A stretch of DNA of 64,000 bases from the human T2T-CHM13v2.0 reference genome, Homo sapiens, in assembly GCF_009914755.1 (NCBI RefSeq), contig NC_060925.1; one strand, 5' to 3'. How positions within the stretch are numbered: position 1 is the stretch's first letter; every line of letters begins with the position of its first letter. The translations under genes were made by a program, and so were the position numbers. This document shows positions 47,190 to 59,000 of the stretch, in pieces. A model generated the notes under the pieces. It was not told the DNA's origin. It saw only the letters and a list, made by a program, of their open reading frames with translations, and made no database searches.

Positions 47190-48140
47190 TGACTTCCTGG
47201 GGCAGTTCAACTTCCCATGTCAAAGCAGAACAAGGGCAAGGTCATCTGTCTTTGGCTAAGGCTTTTTTTTCCCCTCTTAAAAATAATGCTTCTACTGTTC
47301 CCCCACCCCCATCGCTCTCTCCTTCTCTCTTCCTCTTCCATCCTCTCTCTTTCCCTTCATCCTTCTTTCTCTGTCTCTCTCTTTTTCTCCCTCTGTTTGT
47401 GACCAAAAAGTCTGATTCAGAAGTCTCAAAACAGCAAGACAAAAAAAAAAGTACTTAACAATCATCTAAAAATAAGCAAGAAAGAAATAGCACACCACAG
47501 CCCACAGCTCTACCAAATGGAGGCATAAAGTGAGGCAGAGAAGTCGGACAGCTTGAGAACACGCATGGCCACAATGAATGACACAAAGGAAAAGGCAAAG
47601 GCAGCAAATACATACTCAAACCCCAACTCCCACATGTGGAAACACCTGTTCCAATTGTGGCCACACCTGTAGGCCTGTGTAGAGCCCAGAGGCAGGTCTC
47701 AGTTCAGGAGAGAGGCTTATCTACATTGACTACTTTATGTGTGACTTCCTGGGGGTCTTGGTAGTATGTCCATTTCAGTGTTGATAATTTTTTAAAAATC
47801 CCCTTGCTCAGGTGCAAAATTAAATACAACATTTAGTTTGGAGGACAATTAGGTTTCTTTCAGGCCACTTTCACTGAATAAAAACTTAGTTCTTTAAAAT
47901 ACAGCAACTGACTGCATTAAATTAAAGGTGAATTAAGAAAAGTTGTAACAAGTCTACAATACAGGCCGTTAGATTATTAAGGTTCCTTTGAACTCCTATT
48001 TTCTAAACTAAGGAAATATTTTTAAAATTTAGATTAGGTACATTATTTTAGGTGACAAATGTAGGTTTTTCTGCATCAATTCACATGTGAGGTCATTTGC
48101 AAATGGTGTACCAGCTACCTTCAGGCTGTGACTTCCGCCT
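47190..48140. promoter_or_regulatory. ETS/E-box motif cluster 5' of copy J
   Basis: TGACTTCCTGGGG at 47190-47202 and 47742-47754; TGACTTCCG at 48129-48137; CACATGTG and two CACCTG at ~47632-47670. Confidence 0.3.
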
Positions 48141-48148
48141 TTTTTGCA

Positions 48149-48278
48149 TAGAGCAGCCAGATAAAATATAGGGCACCCAGTGAAATATGAATTTGAAATA
48201 AACAACAAATACTTTTTTAGTATAAGTATGCCCCATGTAACGTTTGGGATATTTTTGCTTTCTAAATCCAGGAACCCT
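48149..48278. mobile_element. MER53 hAT MITE (partial)
   Basis: GCCAGATAAAATATAGGGCACCCAGTGAAATATGAATTT..TTAGTATAAGTATGCCCCATG. Confidence 0.82.
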
Positions 48279-48963
48279 ATTTTCACACTATTTTTGTTTT
48301 TAAATAATTTTCATCATTCTCCCTTTATAAGGAAAGGAGATATAGAAACATCTTGCCTGTAATGTGTTTGATACAGACCAAATTAACTGAAAATACTAAA
48401 ATTCTAGTTGGAGAAAATAAAGACTTTTTTTGTAAGGGAACTGTGTCTGCCAGGCATCCTCATATTGTAGAAAGAACCTTACAATATCTCAAGGAAACTG
48501 TTAGGAGCAGAGGCCTGGGTCATTCCCCAGAGACTGGGGATTCAGTTTTCTTTTTTAGGGCTGGGGTAGACACAGCATCTCAGGTGATTTTAATGCACAG
48601 TTTTGTTGGTCATAGTCTTCAAAAACATTTGTCTGCCTATCATGTGTAAAGCATTGTTAATTATTACAAATTCCCTATCAGGCTTTTCCTGTCATTATGA
48701 TTGCTTCTCAAAATATGGCCGGGGAAGTCCAATTTAGACAGGTAAAACCGATTCACTCATTTAATTTTTCTAGTAAGGATTCATTCACCTTCTTGTCCTC
48801 TAAAACACTGAGCTTTCTTTTTAAGTTTTTAATGCAGCAAACATTATCCTACCTGCCCTCTTCCGTTGGGATTTCTGCATGGTTTACTCTAATTACTCCC
48901 GATGCCAGACCTTGTGTGCTCTGAACAACTTCAAAGAAAAAAACTAGAAAAGGAACAGTGTGG

Positions 48964-48995
<32 letters not shown>

Positions 48996-50345
48996 AAGAC
49001 ACAGTATCAAGGAGACAAGATAGCATTTTGTTCTCATAATGTGATGGACAAATCATATGGATAATCTATTAGGATGATGGATGGTATAAATTTTAATATG
49101 AAACATCAACTGCACTGAATTTCTCCTAGAATGTCTTTGAAACTAAACAGTCTCTCTTTGGTCCAAATTTAATAGTCAGGTCACTAAATTTGAAGCTTCT
49201 CTGGATATTAAAAATTTTAAATTAATTTTAATTATGTATATTGCAAGAACCGTAAAATCTTAGTTTAGAGCAATTGTTGCAGGAGGAAGTATCTGAAAAT
49301 GAAGCCTGTTTCCTGCCTCAAGGCAAACTTAGTATCTTACTTTCAATGTCCCTTTACCTGACTGTCCTGACAAAAACATTTCCTTGGTCTCTGTTTTTCT
49401 TTTTTTCCATAAAGTCAAATTAACTTAATGAAATTGTTTTTGTCTTGTTCTGTTTTGTTGTGCTATAGACTTTTTATTTTCTTAAAATATATTTTGTTCA
49501 AAAGACATCTCCTAGATATCTACTGTGTGCCAGTGTTTGCATCTCTTGACTTTGTAAACCATGATCTTCGTCTTCAAAAAGCTCACTCTCTGTTGTGGGT
49601 CAGAGACAAGTAAAACAACAATTAAAGTAATAAGATATGATGAATGCTTTGCTAGTTATACGCATAAAGTGCTTTGGGAGCAAAAATGGTAGCGCAACTA
49701 ACTTGTAAGCATAATTTTATAATTCTAATCAAAATAGGATTTTCATGGTATTACAGATCTTAAAAGTATGCTACTGGTTAAAATTAGAACTAGTTTCAAA
49801 ATCTGTTACTTCCTAGCCATATGACATATTAAAAATTACTTAACTTCTCTGAACTTCAGTTGCCTCTTCTATAAAATACGGATATTAATCTATAAGGTTG
49901 CAAGCTGTGAGAATTAAATTAACAAGCTAGTTCCTGGTCACCACTACTACCGCCACTACTACTACTGGCTGACATGCATTCTTGAGCTGTGGCCAGCACC
50001 TTATGTATATTGTTCAGTTAACTCTCATAATGGCCCTCTGAGGACCGTATTCCTCATGTTCCCACTCTACGTGTGAGAAAGTTAAAACACCCAAGGTCAC
50101 ACAGCTAATTCTTTTAACTCAGGCCTACTTCAGGGTCTCACCTATAATCATAATACTGGATTTGTTCAAGGGAGCTACTTTTCTCTCACTTTTTATAATT
50201 ATTATTATAACTATTATTATTGAAGGAAATCTGGCACCATCCAGTTAAAGCCCTTCCTCCTTTTTTTTTCAAGTAAGTGAAGGATCAAAGGACAGAGCAG
50301 TTAAGACACTTGGAGAAGCACAGCCAGTAAAAAACTGAGACTAAA

Positions 50346-50716
50346 TATTTTAGTCTGTTCATGCTGCCATACAAAATACCTAAGACCGAGTAATTTATAA
50401 AGAAAAGGAATTATTTCTCAGAGTTCAGGATGCTGAGAAGTCCAAGATCAAGGCACTGGCAGGTTCAGTTGTCTAGTGAGGGTTTTTCTCTACTTCCGAG
50501 ATGGTGCCTTGTTGCTGTCTTCTCCAGAGGGGAGAAATGCTGTGTCCTTACATGGTGGTAGGCAGAAGAGCAAACCAGTAGGACTCTATGTGAAGCCTTT
50601 TTTGTAAGGAGCCCTTATGGCCTAATCACCCTAAATGCCCCACCTTTTAATACTATCGCACTGGTCATTAAGTTTAGACACCTGAATTTTGGAGGTGGCA
50701 CATTCAAACCAGAGCA
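50346..50716. mobile_element. MLT1A/MSTD-type MaLR solo LTR
   Basis: TTAGTCTGTTCATGCTGCCAT..GAAGTCCAAGATCAAGG..CATTCAAACCAGAGCA; TSD CTAAA. Confidence 0.87.
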
Positions 50717-51389
50717 CTAAAACTTCTAAGTTCAGTACGTCATTTTGCCACCTGTTTTCATATTGAACATTGGTTGTTAAATTGTAAAATGATAAAACAA
50801 TTTTTTAACCAAAAGATTCAAGGTGCCTGGCTTGCTTCACACCAATCCTCAAATACAAATTAGTCTGAGGTAAACTTAAGGTTGCCCTCTTTCTAGAGGC
50901 TGACTGAGGCAGCATCTATGAACACTCCAATAAAGGTGATTTCTGTGATCCTGAAGTGACTTAGATACATGGAAAGAAGGATCCTTTCCTGGGTTCAGAG
51001 AGTTCAGAATTATATTTCCCCAGCTGTGTGCAACAGAATCATAATGCCTTCAGAAACCAAAGGGACTTTGACCATCACCCTGACTTAACACCATATTTTG
51101 TAGAAGCTTCGAGTGTGGCTTCATATTTGAAATGATAGAGTCAAGTCTAAACAGCTAATTGGTGTTCAGAATGTTCTTTAAATGAGAAAATTAAAATAAA
51201 ATTACTACATTTACTATATTTTCCAAACTGCCCATAAAGCATTTATTTTTTAGGACTTTCTGTGGGACTCACACAACGATTCAATTTCTTACTATCCCAC
51301 TCAATGTTTGTGTCAAAGAAGCTGAGAAATAGATTTAAACTTCATTGTTATTTTGTAAAGGGGGAAAGCACCTGGAAACTAATCTCTCT

Positions 51390-51987
51390 CTTTTTTTTAA
51401 AATCAGTATTATTGAGGCATAATTGACACATAGCTGTTGTATATATTTAAGGTGTTCAACTTGACATTTTAATATATGTACACATTGTGAAATGATCACT
51501 GCACTAAACCCAATAAACACATTTATCACCTCACATAGTTACCATTTCCTTCCCTTCCTTCCTTCCTTCCTTCCTTTCTTCCTTCCCTCCTTCCTCCCTC
51601 CCTCCCTCCCTCCCTTCTTCCCTTCCCTTCCCTTCCATTCCCTCTTTTCTCTTTCTTTCTTTTGCAGAGAACACTTAAGATCAATCCCCTTAGCAATTCT
51701 CAAGTGTATAATACAGCATCGTTAATGGTAATCACTGCACTATGTATTAGATCTCCAGAGCTCATTCATCTTGTGTAACTGAAACTTGGGACTCTTTGAT
51801 CAACAACTTCCCATTTCCTGCCATCCCACTCCATCCCCATCCCTGGCAACCACAACTCTACTCTCTGCTTCTGTGAGTTTGCCTATGTTGGATTCTACAT
51901 GTAAGTGAGCTCATGCACTATTATTTTTTCTAGGTCTGGCTTACTTCACATAGTATAATATCCTCTGGTTCACCCATGTTGTTGTTG

Positions 51988-52032
<45 letters not shown>

Positions 52033-52400
52033 CCACAATTTTTTTTACTCATTCATCTATTGAGAGACATTTAGGTTATTTCCATATCTTGGTTATTTTG
52101 AATAATGTTGCATTAACATAAGGGCGCAGATACCTCCTTGAGATCTGGATTTTATTTCCTTTGTTTATATTCCCAGAAGTGGTATTGCTGGGTCATATGA
52201 TAGTTGTATTTTTAATTTTTTGAGGTATCTCCATACCACTTTCCATAATGGCTGTACTAATTTGCATTTCCACCAACAATGTATATCTATTCCCTTTTCT
52301 CCACATCCTCATCAACACTTGTTATCTTTGCCTTTTTGAAAATAGCTATGCTAACATGTGTGAGATGATATTTCATTTTGGTTTTAATTTAATTACTGTT
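51390..52400 (-). mobile_element. L1MA 3' end with internal (CCTT)n and (GT)n
   Basis: TACACATTGTGAAATGAT..CCCAGAAGTGGTATTGCTGGGTCATATG..CACCAACAATGTA. Confidence 0.9.
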
Positions 52401-54689
52401 TCATTAGAAAACTAGTATTTCCCCAGAAATGACATTGCAGTCCCTGAAAAAGGAAAAACAAAAATACCAGATCACAATACATTATGTTTTTATTTACCTG
52501 TTTATTTTCCTTTATTATTATAATTCGGTTCCTCCAATGTAAGTTATACTATGCTAGACACTATATTTGTGAAGTTTTATTAAATTCTCACAAACAGCTC
52601 TGCAAGGCAGGCAAATTTCCATTTTCCACTTAAGAAATCTGGATCTCCAAAAGATTAAATAATTTGCCCAGGGCCTCACGCTTTATCCTTGCCAGAGTCA
52701 GGATCATAACTCAGGTATTTCTGAGTCCAAAGCTGGTGCTCTTTCTACCATGTTAGGTGGACTTTGAGAAGTCTATGAGTTTAAGACCTAACTGAAAGAG
52801 AAGAAATATAATTAGGAAAATGAGCATGATTTGGCTGGTTCAGAAATAAAATCCAGATCTCTAAATGCCCTTTGTTAGTAAGTGTGAGCATCAGCCCTCA
52901 TCACTAGGTCTGGAGAGAGTAAGCAGCATTCAAAGCAGGAAGGAGGCCAAAAGGACCTGTCGAGAGCACCTACGGGTCCTTCAGTCCATATTCCTTTGAA
53001 ATAGACCTTCACTATGACTGCATCACAGTGCCAGCAGCATATCTTCCACCACGTTAGTTAGTCGTATAATATTCAAATATACCTGACATCATCAGTTCAC
53101 CTCTCTTACTTCTGCCCAGAGAGAAAAATGTTGTGGATCTTGCCCTTGGTTGGTAATGCAAATAACGTTGTTCTTTAATCTTTGAGAAACAAAGCCCATT
53201 CTCTAACATGTATATGTCAAATATATTCTCTCTGAAAGAAATTGTACTATTTCACAATTTGAGTTTTTTTATAGGAAGAGGGTGTGTGTGTGTGTGTGTG
53301 TGTGTGAGTGTGTGTATGTTCTTACATGAGTTTAAACATGTATCAGTCAGATCAGGGATGGCGTCATGGTTAACCAACAAGCATTTCCATGTTTATATAA
53401 TGAGTTTTCAAAAACGATGTCAATGCATCCCATGCTTTCTAAAAATATTTTTAAATTTGAAGGTAGAGGGAGAAAAATAATCACTCCAAGTCACTGATTC
53501 TATATTTTGTGGAAGGGAATAAAATTGTCTAAATATTGCATAGGGAAGGTCACCTAGGGACTTTTTTCACCTGATGACTTTTTAAATCCTCCACCCAATG
53601 TCACGAATTTTTTAAACTCAAGAAATTCAGTTGAGATGCCAAACGGTCTTTAAGCAAAGAAGAAGTAGAAATCAATGCTAGAATTATTATTCTGAACAGG
53701 GTATTGACAGCTATAATAAAGTTATAGCAACCGGACCTGAAAATGTAAAGTCAGTTAATGGACTTTATTTAGACAACATCAGGTAAGAACATTAGTAATA
53801 ACTGTTATCTTGATAGATAACCTTAAATTCAAGAAAATGTTTCCCCCAAACACAAGTTGTTGTGAATTCTTTTCCCTTTTATCTTATTGTAGGCAGAAGA
53901 TTGCAACCTCCCATTATGAAACAGCATCATAAAATGCAGAGCACAGCTACCCTGACTAAAACCACCTTTCTCCTCTGCTGATACAGACAAACTAGCAGTA
54001 AATGCTTTTTGAGCTCCCGGCGTGCAGATAAATTCCTACGGACATCCCCAATTGGACTGAAAGATTGAGACACACAAGGGAGAGAATAGCTGAGGCCAGG
54101 AGAATTTAACATGGCAATTAGCAACCCTTCAACTTTGCCAGACCCCACAGCACAAGACAGGATGGAGGTAACCAAAAATCTCTCCAGAAGAGTAGTTGAT
54201 AAATTGATTGGGTCCCAGGGGTTGCTGGACACAGTTATTATCCAATTGCAGGCCTGGATGGTGTGCAAGTCTATGTAGTGAAGTCAGAAAATGAAACAGG
54301 GCTTTAAATTCCCAAGGGGAGCTCCTTTGCTTATGTATCCATTGCTGCACCCTTTCCCCTCATTTTGGAAGACTCTGAATCACATCACATAGTGTGTATT
54401 ATCTTCTCTAACTGAACAAACAAGTTCTAAAACATAAAATATATAAAACAACTGTAACCATTATCATCAATGATTCTGTTCTTAAGAAGTTAGAAAAGTA
54501 AAATATAAAATTAAAATTGAAAATATTTAAAGACTTCCAGAATTTTTTTTTTTTTTAAAGCAGAGGGAGGGTGTGTGGGGGAAGAGGAATTTTAATCCTC
54601 TTTCTGTATCAATTCTGATGGCTGCTTTTAAGAATTATTTTAACCATCACATATGGATCATAACAACTTTAGCACTGTATTGAAATTAA

Positions 54690-55035
54690 CTCAACATTTC
54701 TCAATTTCTTAGGGTCTCAGTTTTTTCATCAGAGAAGTGGGGCCAATATTATTACCTATTTACAACTTTGCTATGATGATGGAATGAATTAATGTGTGTA
54801 AAATGCTAGAATAGTGGCTGGTACGGAGGAAGTTCTCAATACGTGTTAGCTGGGATGATGATGATAAGGATGATGATGATGATGATAATGATGGTGGTTT
54901 TTAAATGTTGCTGTAGCTAGATTTTATAAGCTGTAGGGCAATAACCATGTCTGCCTTGCTTATGGCTAAAACCCCAGCATCTAAGCACACTGCCTGAAAT
55001 GTAATTAATATTTATTGATTGATAGGATGAATGAT
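54690..55035 (+). mobile_element. MIR, (GAT)n and L2 3' end inserted in copy A
   Basis: TCTCAGTTTTTTCATC..TTACCTA (MIR core); L2 tail CCCCAGCATCTAAGCACACTGCCTG..ATATTTATTGA. Confidence 0.72.
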
Positions 55036-55371
55036 TACATGAGTTTTTAAATGCTGATTTCCATACCTGTGTTACTATTGATTTAACTTAATATTGAGGA
55101 TTATTAGGAGTCACTAAAAAGGAAGTGGGAAATGGATTTAGCAAAATCAGTATCTTCAGGATACGTTTATTGAGGAACTACTATATGTAGGGCATAGGGC
55201 TTCGAATATCAATTTCCAATGTGTATGTTAAAAATCCAAAATACAGAGGACAGCCTAATATAATCTTCTGCCTGGTATAATAAAAGGATCATGGGAGACT
55301 TCTACAGACATTTCACTTCTATTTTTCTTTTTGCAAATTTCTAATAGCTTTCAAGATATCAATGTCAATAG

Positions 55372-55615
55372 TCTCTCTTCTTCCCTTCCTCCCTGGTTCT
55401 CTCCCTTCATCTCTTTCCCTTTTTCGCTCCGCCTCTTCTCTCTGTCTCTTTTCTCCCCTTTTTTCTCTCTTTCCCCCCTCCTTTCCTTACTTCCCTCCCT
55501 TCCTGCCTGTCTTCCTCTCTCCCTCTTTTTCTCTTTCTTTTCTTTTCTTTTTTTTCTTCCTTCCTTCCTTCTTTCCTTCCTTCCTTCCTTCATTCCTCCT
55601 TCCTTCCTTCCTTCT
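55372..55615. repeat. Polypyrimidine (CT/CCTT) tract
   Basis: About 240 bp of near-pure C/T. Confidence 0.92.
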
Positions 55616-56929
55616 TAAAGGCCATATATTCAAATGTTTTCAGCAAAAAACAAAACAAAAACCCAAGAAATGCTTATTTTTCTATTGAATTGGCTCTTGA
55701 GATTTTCCTTTTAGACGTCATTTCAATTGAAACTCAGAGTCATTTCTATATGAAAGGAAATAGAAAGCCCACTCACACTGGAATTCCTTTGAGGGTTTCA
55801 CAACTTTGGCCGTAGTATTCTTGATTGAGTTGAGCCTCCAGATTAAAGGAAGTCTCTGCCTTTCCAGTCAGTTTCTTTCCATTTCAGAGGCCTAAGGTAA
55901 TACCTGGTAGGTTATTCCACAATGCCAGTGTTAACATTGAAGGGCATTTAGTGTGTCGAGCGTTTTACCTTTTGTGATATTTTGGTTTTCCTTTTTTTTT
56001 TTTTTTAATCTTCCACTGGCATTTCTAAATGCTTAATCACCAATTTGGGTAATATTTAAGAAGCTGGAGGCCAACCATGGATGGGCAAACACTGTTTGTT
56101 CCAAATTTAATAGTCCAGTGTCTATGTTTAAAGTTTTTTGAACTTGTAAAATCTTAATTCAGTGCAATAGTTTCAGGAGGAAGCGCCTAAAAATGAATGG
56201 CATTTCCTGCTCTAACAAAGTGTTTGAAGTTTAATGGCCATTTTTTCTTTTCCCTGATAAAATGCCATTTGTTAGCCATGCTGTTCACAAAGCCAACAAT
56301 TTTTTCAATTGGTTTTGCTGTTTTCCGTTTGTTTGTTTTTTTGGTTGCTTTGATCTGTCATGAATACGTGATTCTATCATTGCTCAATTTGCTTGACATC
56401 TATTAATTGATACTGTGGGCTAAAAACCCAGAGACACAAGGAAAACCTAGACATGATTCCTGTGCTCCATAGGCACCCCTGGTAACCCTCCATGTAACAT
56501 AGCTGCCGTCCTTGCACCCTTACCTCATGTCCCTTAGCCTGTTCTCTTTGTCTTCATATCATACGTCTGCTGACATGTATGTATTTATTTGCTTATTGTT
56601 TGTTTTTCTTACTATATTGTAAGTATGCCTAGGGCAGTGCTTGTCACAGAGTAGGGACACAACAATTATCTGTTGAAATAATTAATGAATGTTAGAGGGG
56701 AAACTTTAACATGCATTAGTTATATTCTTTGAGGCTGGTGTGGGTAGTCACAGAGGTGTTTATTTTGTGATAAATCAATGAGCTATAGATTTTTGATTTA
56801 TGGGTTTCTTTGTGTGTATATTATACTTCAAAATAATGCAGGTTAAAAAAAATCCCAAACTTTTTTAAAGATTGAAATCTCATTATATTACTTACTTGTT
56901 GGCTACACCACCTAGTACTTAATTGCCAA

Positions 56930-59000
56930 TGTCAAAATGCATTGCCTGAAGAAATATTTTCATTTGTGTTGTCAAAGCTTAACGTAGGTAGGAAAGTGAT
57001 TGTCACTTATATCTGAAAGTCTTTATTTAGTATCTACTCTGTTTACATCTTACTATGTAAAAGTTAAGTTTAGCGGCAAAAAATTCTTTAGATGACAACT
57101 CTTCAGAGGCCAAGTGATATGAAGAAATCTAGACTAGCAATCTAACTTCCCAAGCCTTGAGAATATATACAGAAATGTAGATTTTGGAGAGGTTCACTAA
57201 GGTGAGGGAGTTGAAACCTTAATAGTGGTTCACAGAGGAAGGTGGGTAGACCAAATACTTAGTCTCAGTGGGACAGATCTTTTTCCAGACTGGAAGTGGG
57301 TGCAAAACTATATCCAGATTCAATGTAAAAAGTCACAGATGCAATGAAAAAATCCAGTTTGGCTTCAGTATTCAAAATAAATTCATTTGATGAGTGTGTT
57401 CTGCATTTCAGAATATAAATCTGTTTCATAGATAAAATGTGGCTGGCGAGGTTAGTGGGTATTCAGCATGGAGAATGAAGTGGTACGTGCTTTTGGCATT
57501 TTATCTTTTGATTACCCTCCCCAATGTCTCTCACTAAATGATGACCTCCACCTGCAGCTGATGTCACCCACATGAGTGCCTATGTGCCAATGCCAGGGTT
57601 TCATGTCTAGGGCTACAGCTATACTTGATAAACAGAGTAGGGCCAGTTGCATTAAATAAATAGTTTTATGGCTTATAAAAGCCAATGTTTAAGGAACCAA
57701 AGAAAATAATTATGTCCTACTTAAGGAAGGTTTATTTCAAATCCCAGCTAGGGCCCCACTGTGGCCACTGCTTACATTTTCCAAAGTTGATTTTCCACCA
57801 TATATACAGTTCTTCTGAAGTTAATTGTGGCATTTCCTCCCAGTAACAATGATATAGTGTCTTTGAAACATTTCCTGGTTTTTCCCATTTTTCTTTCTTT
57901 CTGTGATACTCATTTCTTCAACACATTCTTTCCAGGGGAATTTGTTCCATGGTTCTACCATGCTAACTGCTGCCCTGTGTGACCCAGACAGATAGGGAAT
58001 CAGGAATCTTTACAAGCAGAATTTTACTTACTCCTTGGAAATGAAGGCTTTGCTTGCATTAGTCTCCCCTCAGTAAGTCTTATTCACTTTCACATACAAA
58101 GCATTAAGGCCTGCACTAATCGGTTCTCACTGTATTGCTCCCCAAGGCAAACTTGGGAAGGAGAAGTTGGTCTTTAGAGTTTATCCAAGCTCCCTTCCTC
58201 TCTCCTCTCTCCTCTCCTCTATTAGGAACATTGACTAACAGCTCCTTCCCTGAGACCCCATGCACTGGCTTCCCCAGGCCTAAAAATCTACCCAGTCCTC
58301 CCCTGCGACTTGATGTCATGGCACAAGTCTGCCCAGCTTCTTTCAAAGTTCAACTGGCTGTGTCCTCATCCATAAGAATTTTGCTGCTTGTGTCCCAAAG
58401 TAGCTATAAAAAGAACTAAGGAAAGTTGTTAATATCTGTCAAAGGACCTATATATGTTTTCAGAGGCAGAAATCAAAGTATGTAGAGTGAGAAAGTCTCA
58501 ATTCATATTACAACTCTCCCACACCAAATCTGGGTGACAAATCTCGTAGTTTATAAGCCTTGGTTTTCTCACCTTTAAATGGGGTTGACAATACATATTC
58601 TGTGGTATTTTGAGGCTCAAATTAGGTGAAATGGGTTAATTTTCTTGCAAACTGTAAATTTTGCAGCTGTACCATATTGTTTTAATTAATGGCATTGGGA
58701 GAGAGATGTAACCTTTCTCTACCGTCAGCATAAAGGCTGTGGCCTGCTTCACCTGTGTGCAGTGTGCAGGGCTCTTCCTGGAGAGTAGAGGATGGTTTGT
58801 TTTCATGATTTCAGAAACAGGTACTCAGTCTCTCTGTTTGAATCTCACACCCAGTTCTCTGCCCCCAGGATTTCCATTCATAAATGCTTTAGCTCCGGCA
58901 TACCTCCAGTGTGAAAACTCTCCAAGAAACCCAACCCTCCCTGGGTAGGTGGCTTACCTTAGAGAATCAGTGCACATACAATGATAGTATTTATAACCAG
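56930..59000 (+). pseudogene. TLR11/12-like pseudogene copy K (mid-LRR to TIR)
   Basis: ALPEEIFSF..KLNVG (~56939); LFRGQVI*RNLD*QSN (~57099); FIDKMWLARL (~57425); CTGFP..NLP..VCPASFKVQLAVSSSIRILLL (ORF 58135-58419); KGPIYVFRGRN..HQIWVTNL (~58441-58546); LCAVCRAL (~58753); a MIR sits in the TIR region (~58545-58660). Confidence 0.72.

Larger units (their letters stand above)
48000..51350 (+). pseudogene. TLR11/12-like pseudogene copy J (ectodomain part)
   Basis: LTENTKIL..FCKGTVS (~48383-48450); SKDSFTFLSSKTLSF..LSYLPSSV (ORF 48697-48924); TALNFS*N..KQSLFG..VRSLNL (~49108-49195); RLTEAASMNTPIKVI (~50897-50942). Matches recalled TLR12 CLGGTVS / PDAFSDL..LPPG / LDLSSN..QVEILDL / LTTLSLLDTQI. 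Confidence 0.55.
53095..56330 (-). pseudogene. TLR-like pseudogene copy A (LRR-TM-TIR), closest paralog of copy B
   Basis: IHF*ALPP (~56198); NITQIGD*AFRN (~56056); KALFHFLTSLHRL..LQLDNNC (ORF 54129-54350); IDFYFFF (~53676); TIR QYLDNFIPF (~53539), IDIVFENSLY (~53424), WAEVREV (~53118); DNA alignment to copy B. Confidence 0.72.

Noticed and set aside
53783-53892. Well-formed 110-bp GT-AG intron on the plus strand (CAG|GTAAGA ... pyrimidine tract TAG|)
   Set aside because: The joined frame stops within 13 codons and the region reads better as minus-strand copy A. An antisense lncRNA junction cannot be excluded without RNA data.
55715-55815. Plus-strand peptide resembling aldehyde oxidase (QxHFYM) or ApoB/vitellogenin motifs after an AG acceptor
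   Set aside because: Similarity does not extend, no supporting exons exist, and the frame differs between the two paralogous arms.
55888-55896. Apparent 9-nt microexon (TTTCAG|AGGCCTAAG|GTAATA)
   Set aside because: No host gene is evident and the donor is not conserved in the paralogous arm.
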